Source: an uncultured Ilumatobacteraceae bacterium (GTDB lineage: Bacteria > Actinomycetota > Acidimicrobiia > Acidimicrobiales > Ilumatobacteraceae). Taken from it: a stretch of 64,000 nucleotides of DNA. The number at the start of each line of letters is the position of its first letter. Position 1 is the stretch's first letter. The notes under the pieces were generated by a model. That model had not been told where the DNA came from, made no database searches, and saw only the letters and a program-made list of their open reading frames with translations. Location: positions 12,799-76,798 of the forward strand of contig CAZMGD010000003.1 in the NCBI GenBank assembly GCA_964565705.1, given 5' to 3'. Shown piece by piece: positions 1 to 8,658 of the stretch. The position numbers and the translations under genes were made by a program.

Positions 1-1567
1 GCACGATTTCCGGCCTGACTACCAGCGGATCGCTGCGGTGCTGGTCGCCGCCGGCGACGTGCCGGTGCTGGCCACCACCGCGACCGCCAACGCCCGCGTC
101 ACGGCCGACGTCGCCGCGCAGCTCGGTGAGGCGACGACGGTGATCCGGGGCGGGTTGGCACGATCGTCGCTGCGGCTCGACGTCGTGCCCGATCTCGACG
201 CGACGCAGCGCTGGGCGTGGGTGGCCGCCGCACTCGGACGGATGCCGGGGTCGGGCATCGTCTACGCGCTCACCGTCGCCGAGGCCGAGCGGCTGGCCGG
301 CTTCTTGCAGCACGCCGGCATCGACGCCGTCGCCTACACCGGCCAGCTCGACGCCGAGGCTCGCGCTGCGATCGAGGCCCGATTGCAGGCCAACGCTGTG
401 AAGGCCGTCGTGGCCACCTCGGCGCTCGGCATGGGCTACGACAAGGCCGACCTGGCGTTCTGCATCCACGTCGGCTCGCCGTCATCGCCGGTCGCGATGT
501 ACCAGCAGGTCGGACGCGCCGGGCGGGCGATCGACGAGGCGGCCGCCGTGCTGCTGCCCGCCGAGACCGACGAGCGGCTCTGGGAGTACTTCGCCACGGC
601 CGGCATCCCCGACCCGGAACTGGCCGAGCGGGTGCTCGATCACTTGGCCAGCGGCCCGGCCTCGGTCCAGGCCCTCGAGCAGTCGACCGGCTCCCGCCGC
701 GGACGGATCGAGGCGCTGCTGCGGGTGCTCGCCGTCGACGGCGCCGTCGTCCGCGGCAGCGGCGGCTGGACGGCAACCGGCGAGCGCTGGACGTTCGACC
801 GCGCCAAGTACGCAGCGCTGCGCGCGGTGCGCGACACGGAGGCCGAGCTGATGCGGCAATACGCCCGCCGCGAGCGGTGCCTGATGTTGCTGTTGCAAGA
901 ATCGCTCGACGATCCCGAGCCCGTGCCGTGCGGACGGTGCGGCGTGTGCGCTGGCCAGCCCGTGGTGCCCGTCCAGCTCGACGACGCTGCGATCGAGGCG
1001 GTCCGCGACTGGATGCGCGACCGGCCGACTCGCCTCGAACCGCGCAAGATGTGGCCGTCCGGGTTGAACGGACGCCGCGGGCGGATCGCTGGCTGCGAAG
1101 AGGGTCGGGCGATCGCGTTCGCCGACGATGCCGCTTGGCCGGAGGTCATCGCCGAGGTCGCAACCAACCGCTGCGGCGAGGCGAGCAAGTCGGCCGCGCT
1201 TCGGGTGCTCGGTGCATGGCGTCGCGAGTGGGCCGCACGACCATCGATCGTCGTCCCGCTTCCCGGCCCCGACGGCGGCACCTACGCGTCGCAGCTGGCG
1301 GCGGCGATCGGCGAGGCCGGGAGGTTGCCGGTGGCCGAGCCGCTGCGCTGGTCGGGTGGTGCGGTGACGACCGACGGCTCCTCGGCCGCCAGGGTGCGGG
1401 CGCTCACCGATCGGTTGACGATCGACGCCGACCTGGCCCCCGGCGGCACGGTCTTGCTCGTCGCCGGCCAGGGCCGCACCGGCTGGACCATCACCCTCGC
1501 CGCTGCCCTGCTGCGCGATCACGGCGCCGCGGCCGTCCTCCCCCTGGTCGCTCACCAGCACCCCTGA
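1..1567 (+). CDS. recQ: RecQ-family ATP-dependent DNA helicase, 5' end cut by window edge, with a C-terminal PRTase/ComF-like tail
   Basis: Frame of ORF 38..1567 stays open to the window start. Helicase C-terminal motifs are present (ATSALGMGYDK, YQQVGRAGR), as is a RecQ Zn cluster (CLMLL...CGRCGVC). The last ~110 aa end in VLLVAGQGRTGWT, a PRPP-loop-like strand. Confidence 0.85.
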   Translation, partial: HDFRPDYQRIAAVLVAAGDVPVLATTATANARVTADVAAQLGEATTVIRGGLARSSLRLDVVPDLDATQRWAWVAAALGRMPGSGIVYALTVAEAERLAGFLQHAGIDAVAYTGQLDAEARAAIEARLQANAVKAVVATSALGMGYDKADLAFCIHVGSPSSPVAMYQQVGRAGRAIDEAAAVLLPAETDERLWEYFATAGIPDPELAERVLDHLASGPASVQALEQSTGSRRGRIEALLRVLAVDGAVVRGSGGWTATGERWTFDRAKYAALRAVRDTEAELMRQYARRERCLMLLLQESLDDPEPVPCGRCGVCAGQPVVPVQLDDAAIEAVRDWMRDRPTRLEPRKMWPSGLNGRRGRIAGCEEGRAIAFADDAAWPEVIAEVATNRCGEASKSAALRVLGAWRREWAARPSIVVPLPGPDGGTYASQLAAAIGEAGRLPVAEPLRWSGGAVTTDGSSAARVRALTDRLTIDADLAPGGTVLLVAGQGRTGWTITLAAALLRDHGAAAVLPLVAHQHP

Positions 1568-1589
1568 CCACCGGATCGGCTGGCGACGG

Positions 1590-3095
1590 TCAGGCGAGCA
1601 TCGACTGGACCGATTCGATGGTGTCGGCGTCGACGGGCGACTTGTCCGGTCGGTAGCGCTTGACCCTGGCGAAGCGCAACGCCAGACCACCCGGGTAGCG
1701 GGTGCTGCGCTGCACGCCGTCGAGCGCGATCTCGACGACGAGCTCCGGGCGCACCCAGACGACGCCGCGCTCGTCGCGCAGGGCGAGTTGCCGGAGGTGC
1801 TCGGTCTGCCAGCGCAGCAGGTCGTCGGTCAGCCCTTTGAAGGTCTTGCCGACCATGACGAACCCACCGGCGGGATCGCGGGCACCGAGGTGGAGGTTCG
1901 ACAACCATCCGGTCCGCCGGCCGTGGCCCCACTCCGCGGCGAGCACGACGAGGTCGAGCGTCTTGACCGGCTTGACCTTGCGCCACGACGCGCCCCGCCG
2001 CCCGGCCTCGTAGATGGAGCCGAGGTCCTTCACCATCACGCCCTCGTGGCGACGGTCGAGTGCGTCGGCCGCGAACGCTGCTGCGGACCCGCGGTCCGTC
2101 GTGCGCGGCACGACCCAGCACGTGGCGATGAGGTCGAGCGCCGCCTGGCGGACGTCCAGCGGCCGGTCGATGAGGTCGACGCCGTCGGCGTGCAGCACGT
2201 CGAAGAAGAAGGCCTGCAACCCCGCGTCGTTCGGGGCGCCCTCCGTGCCGAAGTGGCTCATCGTGTCCTGGAACTTCCGCGGTGCGCCGTCCTCGGTCAG
2301 GCCGATCGCTTCACCATCGAGCACGAACGGTTCACCGGGAAACGTCCGCACGATGTCGACCACGCCTGGCAGGCGCTCTCCGATCTCGTTGCCGTTGCGG
2401 GTGAAGATCCGCACGTCGTCGCGGACCCGGTGCACCTCGATCCGGGCACCGTCGAGCTTCCACTCCACCGACACCCGACCGATCGCGCCGAGCGCCTCGT
2501 CGAGGCCGGCGGCCGGGGAGGCGAGCATCGGCTGGACGAAGACGCCCACGCGCAAGCCGATCGCGGCGACCGCCGCGCTGCCTTCCGCCCCGAGCGCAGC
2601 AACGGCTGCCGTGGCGAGGTCGCCCGACAGCATGGCCGCCCGCCGTACGGCCGGTGCCGGCACCTCCGACGCCCTGGCGATCGCCTCGGCCATCACCCCG
2701 TCGAGCGCTCCCTGGCGCAGCTCACCACCAATGAGCGCGGCGAGCATCCCGGCCTCATCAGCGGTCGACGCCGCGAACAGCTGCTCGAGCAAACGGCGGC
2801 GACGTTCCTGCGACGACGGCCCGGTCGTCGCCGCCAGCGCCGAGAACGCCTCATCGATGTCACCGACCGTCAGCGTGGGCTCGGTGGCCGCGGGCACGTG
2901 CCGGACGCCTGACAGCGACGCCCAGCCGACGCCGATCCGGCCCTGGCGGATCGTGCCGGTGAGGAAGCCGACCACCGGTGCGACCTCGTCGAGATCGGCG
3001 GCGCGCAGCGCAGCAGCGAGCGCGGCGATCTTCTCGGTGCGCTTCGACGTGGCCGCGACGGCGACGGAGGTGGCGGCGACCTCGGCGAACAACAC
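1590..3095 (-). CDS. ligB: ATP-dependent DNA ligase (LigB type)
   Basis: 501-aa ORF with adenylation motif EWKLDGARI, EGVMVK, LSNLHLGARD and a C-terminal OB region GLALRFARVKRYRPDK. It is collinear with mycobacterial LigB as I recall it. Confidence 0.93.
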   Translation of the reverse strand: MLFAEVAATSVAVAATSKRTEKIAALAAALRAADLDEVAPVVGFLTGTIRQGRIGVGWASLSGVRHVPAATEPTLTVGDIDEAFSALAATTGPSSQERRRRLLEQLFAASTADEAGMLAALIGGELRQGALDGVMAEAIARASEVPAPAVRRAAMLSGDLATAAVAALGAEGSAAVAAIGLRVGVFVQPMLASPAAGLDEALGAIGRVSVEWKLDGARIEVHRVRDDVRIFTRNGNEIGERLPGVVDIVRTFPGEPFVLDGEAIGLTEDGAPRKFQDTMSHFGTEGAPNDAGLQAFFFDVLHADGVDLIDRPLDVRQAALDLIATCWVVPRTTDRGSAAAFAADALDRRHEGVMVKDLGSIYEAGRRGASWRKVKPVKTLDLVVLAAEWGHGRRTGWLSNLHLGARDPAGGFVMVGKTFKGLTDDLLRWQTEHLRQLALRDERGVVWVRPELVVEIALDGVQRSTRYPGGLALRFARVKRYRPDKSPVDADTIESVQSMLA

Positions 3096-3193
3096 GCGTC
3101 CATGATTGCCGTCCGAGCGTTGCGGGAACGACGGCGGGGTTCGGCGGGCGCTAGGTTCGCACGAGCCATCGAATGTGGAGAAGGAGCGTCCTC

Positions 3194-3556
3194 ATGGCAA
3201 GCGAGGGCTATCACGAGGACGGGCTGTCAGAGCCCGTCAAGGATCACCATCGGGCGATCGTGTCGATCATGGAGGAGTTCGAAGCGGTCGACTGGTACGA
3301 CCAGCGCGTCGACGCCACGTCCGACAACGAGCTCGCCGAGATCCTCGCCCACAACCGCGACGAGGAGAAGGAGCACGCGGCGATGACGCTGGAGTGGCTC
3401 CGTCGGCGGGACACGAAGCTCGACGAGATGCTCCGTACCTACCTGTTCACCGAGGGGTCGATCCTCGAGGTCGAAGAGTCGGCTGAGGGGCCGCACCAAC
3501 CGCCCGTGCCCGAGGGATCGCTCGGCATCGGCAGCCTGAAGGGAATCACGTCATGA
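3194..3556 (+). CDS. Encapsulated ferritin (EncFtn-type ferritin-like cargo) with C-terminal encapsulin targeting peptide
   Basis: GAAGGAG lies 7 nt before ATG 3194 (in frame inside ORF 3173..3556). Ferroxidase-type residues are present (MEEFEA, EEKEHAAM). The C-terminus GSLGIGSLKGITS matches the family-1 cargo-loading peptide. The stop overlaps the shell-gene start (ATGA). Confidence 0.88.
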   Translation: MASEGYHEDGLSEPVKDHHRAIVSIMEEFEAVDWYDQRVDATSDNELAEILAHNRDEEKEHAAMTLEWLRRRDTKLDEMLRTYLFTEGSILEVEESAEGPHQPPVPEGSLGIGSLKGITS

Positions 3557-4407
3557 ACCACCTGCTCCGCGACGTCGCACCGCTGACCGCCGGCGCGTGG
3601 GAGGTGGTGGACGACGAGGCCCGCACCCGCCTGACCGCCCTGCTCGCCGCCCGCCAGCTGGTCGACTTCGCTGGCCCGCACGGCTGGCAGCGCTCGGCGA
3701 TCGAGCTGGGGCGCGCCGTCGACATCGCGTCGCCCGGCCCCGGGCTCGTCGCCAAGCAGCGCGTCGTGCAGACGCTGATCGAGATCCGGGCGCCGTTCAA
3801 CCTGTCGCGCCGGGTGCTCGATGACATCGCCCGCGGCGCGGAGGATCCCGATCTGGACAGCCTGGCCGACGCCACCCGCGAGATCGCCGCCGCCGAGAAC
3901 CGGGCGGTGTTCCACGGCTTCGCCGCCGGGGGGATCGTCGGCATGACCGAGGCGTCGTCGCACACGTCGATCGCGCTCGAGACGGACTTCACCGAGTACC
4001 CGACGTCGGTTGCCAAGGGCATGAACGAGCTGCGCAGCGCCGGTGTCGAGGGGCCCTACGGCCTGGCGATCGGGCCCGAGGGCTACCAGGGCATCGTCGA
4101 GACGGCAGAGGGCGGCGGCTACCCGCTGATCAAGCATCTCAACGCGATCATGGGCGGGCCGGTCGTGTGGTCGCCCGGGGTCGAGGGGGCCGTGCTGCTC
4201 AGCACCCGCGGTGGCGACTTCCAGCTCGACTCCGGCCAGGACCTCTCGGTCGGCTACCTCAGCCACGACGCCGAGCAGGTGCAGCTGTACCTCGAGGAGA
4301 GCTTCACGTTCCGGGTCAAGGAACCGGATGCGGCGATCGCTCTCGTTCCGCCCACGGCCGCCCGCCGCGCACCGGCGCGTGCTGCTGCGGCCCGCAAGCG
4401 CACGTAG
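3553..4407 (+). CDS. Family-1 encapsulin shell protein (linocin M18/Cfp29-like) with an ~18-aa basic C-terminal extension
   Basis: N-terminus MNHLLRDVAPLT.AWE and GGDFQLDSGQDLSVGY...LYLEESFTF are collinear with Cfp29-type encapsulins. The tail PTAARRAPARAAAARKRT extends beyond the usual end. Confidence 0.92.
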   Translation: MNHLLRDVAPLTAGAWEVVDDEARTRLTALLAARQLVDFAGPHGWQRSAIELGRAVDIASPGPGLVAKQRVVQTLIEIRAPFNLSRRVLDDIARGAEDPDLDSLADATREIAAAENRAVFHGFAAGGIVGMTEASSHTSIALETDFTEYPTSVAKGMNELRSAGVEGPYGLAIGPEGYQGIVETAEGGGYPLIKHLNAIMGGPVVWSPGVEGAVLLSTRGGDFQLDSGQDLSVGYLSHDAEQVQLYLEESFTFRVKEPDAAIALVPPTAARRAPARAAAARKRT

Positions 4408-4464
4408 TCCGTCGCCCGACCGATTCGGTCCTGCGGCAGGGCGCGTCGGTAGGGTGCCGGGCAT

Positions 4465-5298
4465 ATGAGTGCTGGGGATCCGATCGCATCTGGTGAGCTG
4501 CTCCACACCGTCGTCGACGGGGTGGCCACGATCACACTGAACCGACCCGACTCGGCGAACGCGATCACACCCGATCAGCGCAACACCGTGATCCGATTGA
4601 TGGAGGATGCCAGCGGCGACCTGAACGTGCGCGTCGTCGTCATCACCGCGGTCGGCAAGCACTTCTGCACGGGTGCCGACCTGCGCGTCTCCAAGATCCC
4701 CGACAACCCGCGGCCCGAGGGTGCGCCCGAGCGGGCGGTCGGCGACGTCGGCCGCAACATCAAGCGCGGTGCCCAGCGCCTCGTCACCTCGATCATGGAC
4801 TGCGAGAAGCCCGTGATCGCCGCGGTCAACGGCACCGCCGCCGGCATCGGCTCGCACATCGCGCTCAGCGCCGACCTGATCATCGCCGCCGACACTGCTC
4901 GCTTCATCGAGGTGTTCTCGAGGCGCGGCATCACTCCCGACGGCGGTGGTGCCTACCTGCTACCGCGGATCATCGGCCTGCCGAAGGCGAAGGAGATGGT
5001 CTTCTTCGGCGACGACCTGCCTGCCGCTGATGCCGAGCGGATCGGCCTCGTCAACAAGGTCGTGCCCGCCGCCGAGCTGGAGGCGGCGACCGCCGAGTGG
5101 GCCGGGCGCCTGGCCAAAGGTCCGACCAAGGCGATCAGCCTCGCCAAGTTCCTCCTCAACCGCAGCCTCGACAGCGACCGCCAGACGGCGTTCGAGGAGG
5201 AGGCGTGGGCGCAAGAGCTCGCCTCGCGCACCGACGACTTCCAAGAGGGTGTGCAGGCGTTCATCGAGCGGCGTGAGGTCGCGTTCCGGGGCTGGTAG
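4465..5298 (+). CDS. Enoyl-CoA hydratase/isomerase (crotonase) family protein
   Basis: Crotonase signatures VVVITAVGKHFCTGADL and AAVNGTAAGIGSHIAL. Confidence 0.9.
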   Translation: MSAGDPIASGELLHTVVDGVATITLNRPDSANAITPDQRNTVIRLMEDASGDLNVRVVVITAVGKHFCTGADLRVSKIPDNPRPEGAPERAVGDVGRNIKRGAQRLVTSIMDCEKPVIAAVNGTAAGIGSHIALSADLIIAADTARFIEVFSRRGITPDGGGAYLLPRIIGLPKAKEMVFFGDDLPAADAERIGLVNKVVPAAELEAATAEWAGRLAKGPTKAISLAKFLLNRSLDSDRQTAFEEEAWAQELASRTDDFQEGVQAFIERREVAFRGW

Positions 5299-5319
5299 CC
5301 ACGATCAGAAGGGGGAGAC

Positions 5320-7218
5320 GTGACGGATGGGGGCTTTCGTCACCTGCTGACGCCGGGGTGCATCGGCGCCATGGAGCTGCGCAACCGGATCCTGATGTGC
5401 CCGATGGGCGACGCGCTCGCCGATCCCGACGGCACGGTCAACGATCGCCAGCTGGCCTACTACGGGGCCCGAGCGCGCGGCGGTGTCGCGCTCGTCATCA
5501 TGGGATCGGTGTCGGCCAGCTACCCGTACGGCTGCTACAGCCCTGGCCAGACCGGCGCGAGCGACGACCGCTTCGTGCCGGGGCTCACGCGCATGGCCGA
5601 TGAGGTCCACCGCCACGGTGCCAAGATCGCGGCCCAGATCACCCACGACGCCGGCAACAGCCGCTTCGACACCGAGCAGGGCTTCCCGGTGCTCGTGCCG
5701 TCGGTGCCGCATCCCGATCCGCCCGACCGCCTGTCGGGGATGGTCACGCCCGCCGAGGTCGAGGCGATGATGAAACCGTTCGTCACGCCGACGTCGAAGT
5801 TCGACATCAAGGTCGCCGACGAGGACGACATCGCCCAGCTGATCGAATGGTTCGCCAGCGCCGCCGAGCGGCTGGTCGGCTGCGGGTTCGACGGCATCGA
5901 GCTCCACGCCGGCCACGGCTACATCCTCGACTCGTTCCTGTCGCCGGCCACGAACCGCCGCGACGACCGTTGGGGTGGACCGGTCGAGAACCGGGCCCGC
6001 CTGCTGCTCGAGGTGCTCCGTGCCGTGACGTCGCGAGTGGGTGATGGCGTGCCGGTGTGGATGCGGATCAACGCCGAGGAGCGCCACCGGCCAGGCGGCG
6101 AGACGCTGCCCGACACGCTGCGGGTGATCGAGATGGCGGTCAACGCCGGCTTGGCCGCGGTGCACGTCAGCACGTTCTCCAACCCGATGGTCGGCATCGG
6201 CATCTGCGACGCGCACACGCCGCAGGATCCCGGGCACCTGCGCCCCAACTTCCAGGCGGTCAAGGCGTCGACGACCGTGCCGGTGATCGGGTTCGGGCGT
6301 CTGGAGCCTGACCTCGCCGAGGACGTGCTCGGCAGCGGCGATGCCGACTTCGTCGCGATGGGACGTCAGCTGCTGGCCGACCCCGACCTGCCGAACAAGC
6401 TGGCGCGCGGCGAGGCAGACGACATCCGACCGTGCATCTACCAGTACCGCTGCATCAACAACATCTTCGTCAACGAATCGATCCGCTGCGCGGTGAACGC
6501 GGCGACCGCCGAGGGCGACGAGGTCGCCCCACCGCCCGCAGCGCGCCCCCGTCGCGTCCTCGTCGTCGGCGCCGGACCCGCCGGGATGGAGACGGCGCAC
6601 CTGCTCGCTCGGTCCGGCCATCAGGTGACGCTCGCCGACGAGGCGACCGAGCTCGGCGGCCGGTTGATCCAGGCCGCGGAGGTCGATCCGCAGATGGCTG
6701 CCCTGCTCGGCTGGCTGCGCCGTCAGGTGTCTCGGTCAGACGTCGAGTTGCGGCTCGGCGACCGGCTCGACGCCGGGGGTGTCGCGGCGATCGGCGCCGA
6801 CGAGGTGGTCGACGCCACCGGGACGTCGTGGCCAGGCCTCGACCGGTTCGTCGCCTCCTGGCCGACGTGGCCCCGAGACGAGCCGCTGACCATCGAGGGT
6901 GGCGACAAGCCGGCGGTGTCGATCGCGGTCGCCGCAGCTGGTCAGGGCGTCGACGTCACGGTGGTCGAGCCGAGCGGCGTGTTCGCCCAGCGCGTCGGGC
7001 TGCCGGGTCGGGCCCGTTTCGTCCACGACGCCGAGCAGGCCGGCGTGCACCTCGTCACCGAGACGTCAGACGCGCCCGAGGTGTTCGATCTCCGCCCCGC
7101 CGTGCCGGTGTCCGTCGGCCACCTCGGCGCCCACCTCGTCGGCGACGTCACCGGCACCTGGGGCATCGAACCCGCCTTCCAGCAAGCCAGAGCCCTCGCC
7201 CAACTCCTGGCCCGCTGA
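5320..7218 (+). CDS. NADH:flavin oxidoreductase, 2,4-dienoyl-CoA reductase (FadH)-type architecture
   Basis: N-terminal OYE TIM-barrel (ELRNRILMCPMG, GFDGIELHAGHGYIL), a Cys cluster (RPCIYQYRCINN...IRC) and a C-terminal Rossmann VLVVGAGPAG. GTG start preceded by GAAGGGGGAG. Confidence 0.88.
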   Translation: MTDGGFRHLLTPGCIGAMELRNRILMCPMGDALADPDGTVNDRQLAYYGARARGGVALVIMGSVSASYPYGCYSPGQTGASDDRFVPGLTRMADEVHRHGAKIAAQITHDAGNSRFDTEQGFPVLVPSVPHPDPPDRLSGMVTPAEVEAMMKPFVTPTSKFDIKVADEDDIAQLIEWFASAAERLVGCGFDGIELHAGHGYILDSFLSPATNRRDDRWGGPVENRARLLLEVLRAVTSRVGDGVPVWMRINAEERHRPGGETLPDTLRVIEMAVNAGLAAVHVSTFSNPMVGIGICDAHTPQDPGHLRPNFQAVKASTTVPVIGFGRLEPDLAEDVLGSGDADFVAMGRQLLADPDLPNKLARGEADDIRPCIYQYRCINNIFVNESIRCAVNAATAEGDEVAPPPAARPRRVLVVGAGPAGMETAHLLARSGHQVTLADEATELGGRLIQAAEVDPQMAALLGWLRRQVSRSDVELRLGDRLDAGGVAAIGADEVVDATGTSWPGLDRFVASWPTWPRDEPLTIEGGDKPAVSIAVAAAGQGVDVTVVEPSGVFAQRVGLPGRARFVHDAEQAGVHLVTETSDAPEVFDLRPAVPVSVGHLGAHLVGDVTGTWGIEPAFQQARALAQLLAR

Positions 7219-7227
7219 CACCACCTC

Positions 7228-7360
7228 GAGACGAACCTGCGGTCGAACAGCGCCCGAAACGGGCGCGATCCGACCGCAGGTTCGTTCGGGGAGGTACAAC
7301 GAGACGAACCTGCGGTCACATCCGGCCCGAATCGGGCGCGATGTGACCGCAGGTTCGGTT
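7228..7360. repeat. Tandem pair of ~60-nt nested stem-loop elements (period 73 nt) between convergent genes; probable bidirectional terminator / REP-like element
   Basis: Unit 1 (7228-7288): GAGACGAACCTGCGGTCG...CGACCGCAGGTTCGTTC, with inner hairpin GCGCCCGAAACGGGCGC. Unit 2 (7301-7360): GAGACGAACCTGCGGTCACA...TGTGACCGCAGGTTCGGT, with inner GCCCGAATCGGGC. The units are roughly 85 percent identical by eye. Confidence 0.7.
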
Positions 7361-7378
7361 GGAGAGGGCAGGGGTTGG

Positions 7379-8599
7379 CTACGGGCGCCAGCGGCCGTCG
7401 GCGCTGAGGCGCAGCATCTTGATCGCGTTGCCGCGGGCGATCTTGGCGACGGTGGCGTCGTCGAGGTGGGCCACCTGCTCGGCGAAGATCTTCTTGGTGT
7501 ACGGCCACGTCGAGTCGGTGTGCGGGTAGTCGGTCTCGAACGTGACCTGATCCTCACCGATCTCGGCCAGGCTGCGCAGACCGTGCTTGTCACGGAAGAA
7601 GCAGCCGAAGATGCGATCCTTGTAGTAGGTGCTCGGCGGATCGGGGATCGTGTCCCGGACGCCACCCCAGGCCCGGTGCTCCAACCACACGTCGTCGGCG
7701 CGCTCGATCATGTACGGCAGCCAGCCGATCTGGCCCTCGCTGTAGGCGAGGCGCAGCTTCGGGAAGCGCACCATGACACCCGAGAACAGGTAGTCGCTGA
7801 ACGAGCTCATCGCGTTGCCGAAGCTCAGCGTGGCGGCGACCGCCGGCGGAGCGTCCGACGACGTGGCCGGCATCTGGCTGCTCGAGCCGATGTGCATGCA
7901 CACGAGGGTGTCGGTGTCGTTGCAGGCGGCGAAGAACGGGTCCCAGTACTGGCTGTGCAGCGTCGGCAGGCCGAGCTTGGCGGGGATCTCGCTGAACGCG
8001 ACGGCGGTGCAGCCGCGGGCGGCGTTGCGGTTGATCTCCTCGACGGCCAGGTTCACGTCCCACAGCGGGATGATCGGCAGCGGGATCAGGCGGCCGTCGG
8101 CGTCGCCGCACCATTCCTCGACCATCCAGTCGTTGTAGGCGCGCACGCAGGCGAGGGCCAGTTCCTTGTCGGTTGCCTCGGCGAACGTCTGGCCGCAGAA
8201 CCGGGGGAACGTCGGGAAGCACAGCGACGACTCGACGCCGTCGAGGTCCATGTCCTCCAGGCGGGCCGTCGGGTCGTAGCAGCCGGGCCGCATCTCGTCG
8301 TAGGTGATCGGCGCCATCTCCATGTCGTCACGGTCGAAGCCGACGGCGGCGACGTGGCGCTTGTGCGGCGCGATCAGGTCTTCGTAGAACCAGCACGAGC
8401 TCTTCGGCGCGTCGTCGGACCACTGGAAGTCGTACTTGACGCCACCGAGGTAGGTCATCTTGGCGATGCCCCGATCCTCGACGCGCGGCGAGCGCGGATC
8501 GTCGGCGAACTTCTTCGGCAGCCACTTCTGGAACAGGTGCGGCGGCTCGACGACGTGATCGTCGACGCTGACGAACTTCGGAATCTCCCGCTCGGTCAT
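7379..8599 (-). CDS. Amidohydrolase-2 family metal-dependent hydrolase/decarboxylase (paralog of 35925..37133)
   Basis: 406-aa ORF. N-terminus FVSVDDHVVEPP, then FPRFCGQ, AYNDWMVEEW, HIGSSS and a C-terminal ETDYPHTDSTWP, typical of PF04909-type enzymes. Confidence 0.85.
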   Translation of the reverse strand: MTEREIPKFVSVDDHVVEPPHLFQKWLPKKFADDPRSPRVEDRGIAKMTYLGGVKYDFQWSDDAPKSSCWFYEDLIAPHKRHVAAVGFDRDDMEMAPITYDEMRPGCYDPTARLEDMDLDGVESSLCFPTFPRFCGQTFAEATDKELALACVRAYNDWMVEEWCGDADGRLIPLPIIPLWDVNLAVEEINRNAARGCTAVAFSEIPAKLGLPTLHSQYWDPFFAACNDTDTLVCMHIGSSSQMPATSSDAPPAVAATLSFGNAMSSFSDYLFSGVMVRFPKLRLAYSEGQIGWLPYMIERADDVWLEHRAWGGVRDTIPDPPSTYYKDRIFGCFFRDKHGLRSLAEIGEDQVTFETDYPHTDSTWPYTKKIFAEQVAHLDDATVAKIARGNAIKMLRLSADGRWRP

Positions 8600-8641
8600 C
8601 TCGGCCCCCTCATGGGAAGGAAATCCTTGTGGATCAAGGTT

Positions 8642-8658
8642 TCTGACACGGTATCAGA
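8642..8658. promoter_or_regulatory. Type-1 operator-like palindrome, site 1a (TCTGACACGGTATCAGA)
   Basis: One mismatch to TCTGAC-N5-GTCAGA. Lies 43 nt upstream of amidohydrolase start 8599 and overlaps the stop of the upstream LLM gene. Confidence 0.55.

Noticed and set aside
3151-3169. Possible IdeR/iron box (CTAGGTTCGCACGAGCCAT) upstream of the encapsulated ferritin operon.
   Set aside because: Only about 10 of 19 positions match TTAGGTTAGGCTAACCTAA. The left half is good and the right half is poor. This is not enough to call.
7228-7360. CRISPR array or other spaced-repeat locus (also considered for 31308..31431 and 25085..25120).
   Set aside because: There are only two or three repeats, with no uniform repeat-spacer periodicity and no cas genes. 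One set lies in-frame inside a gene. These are better explained as hairpin/REP elements and a coding tandem repeat.
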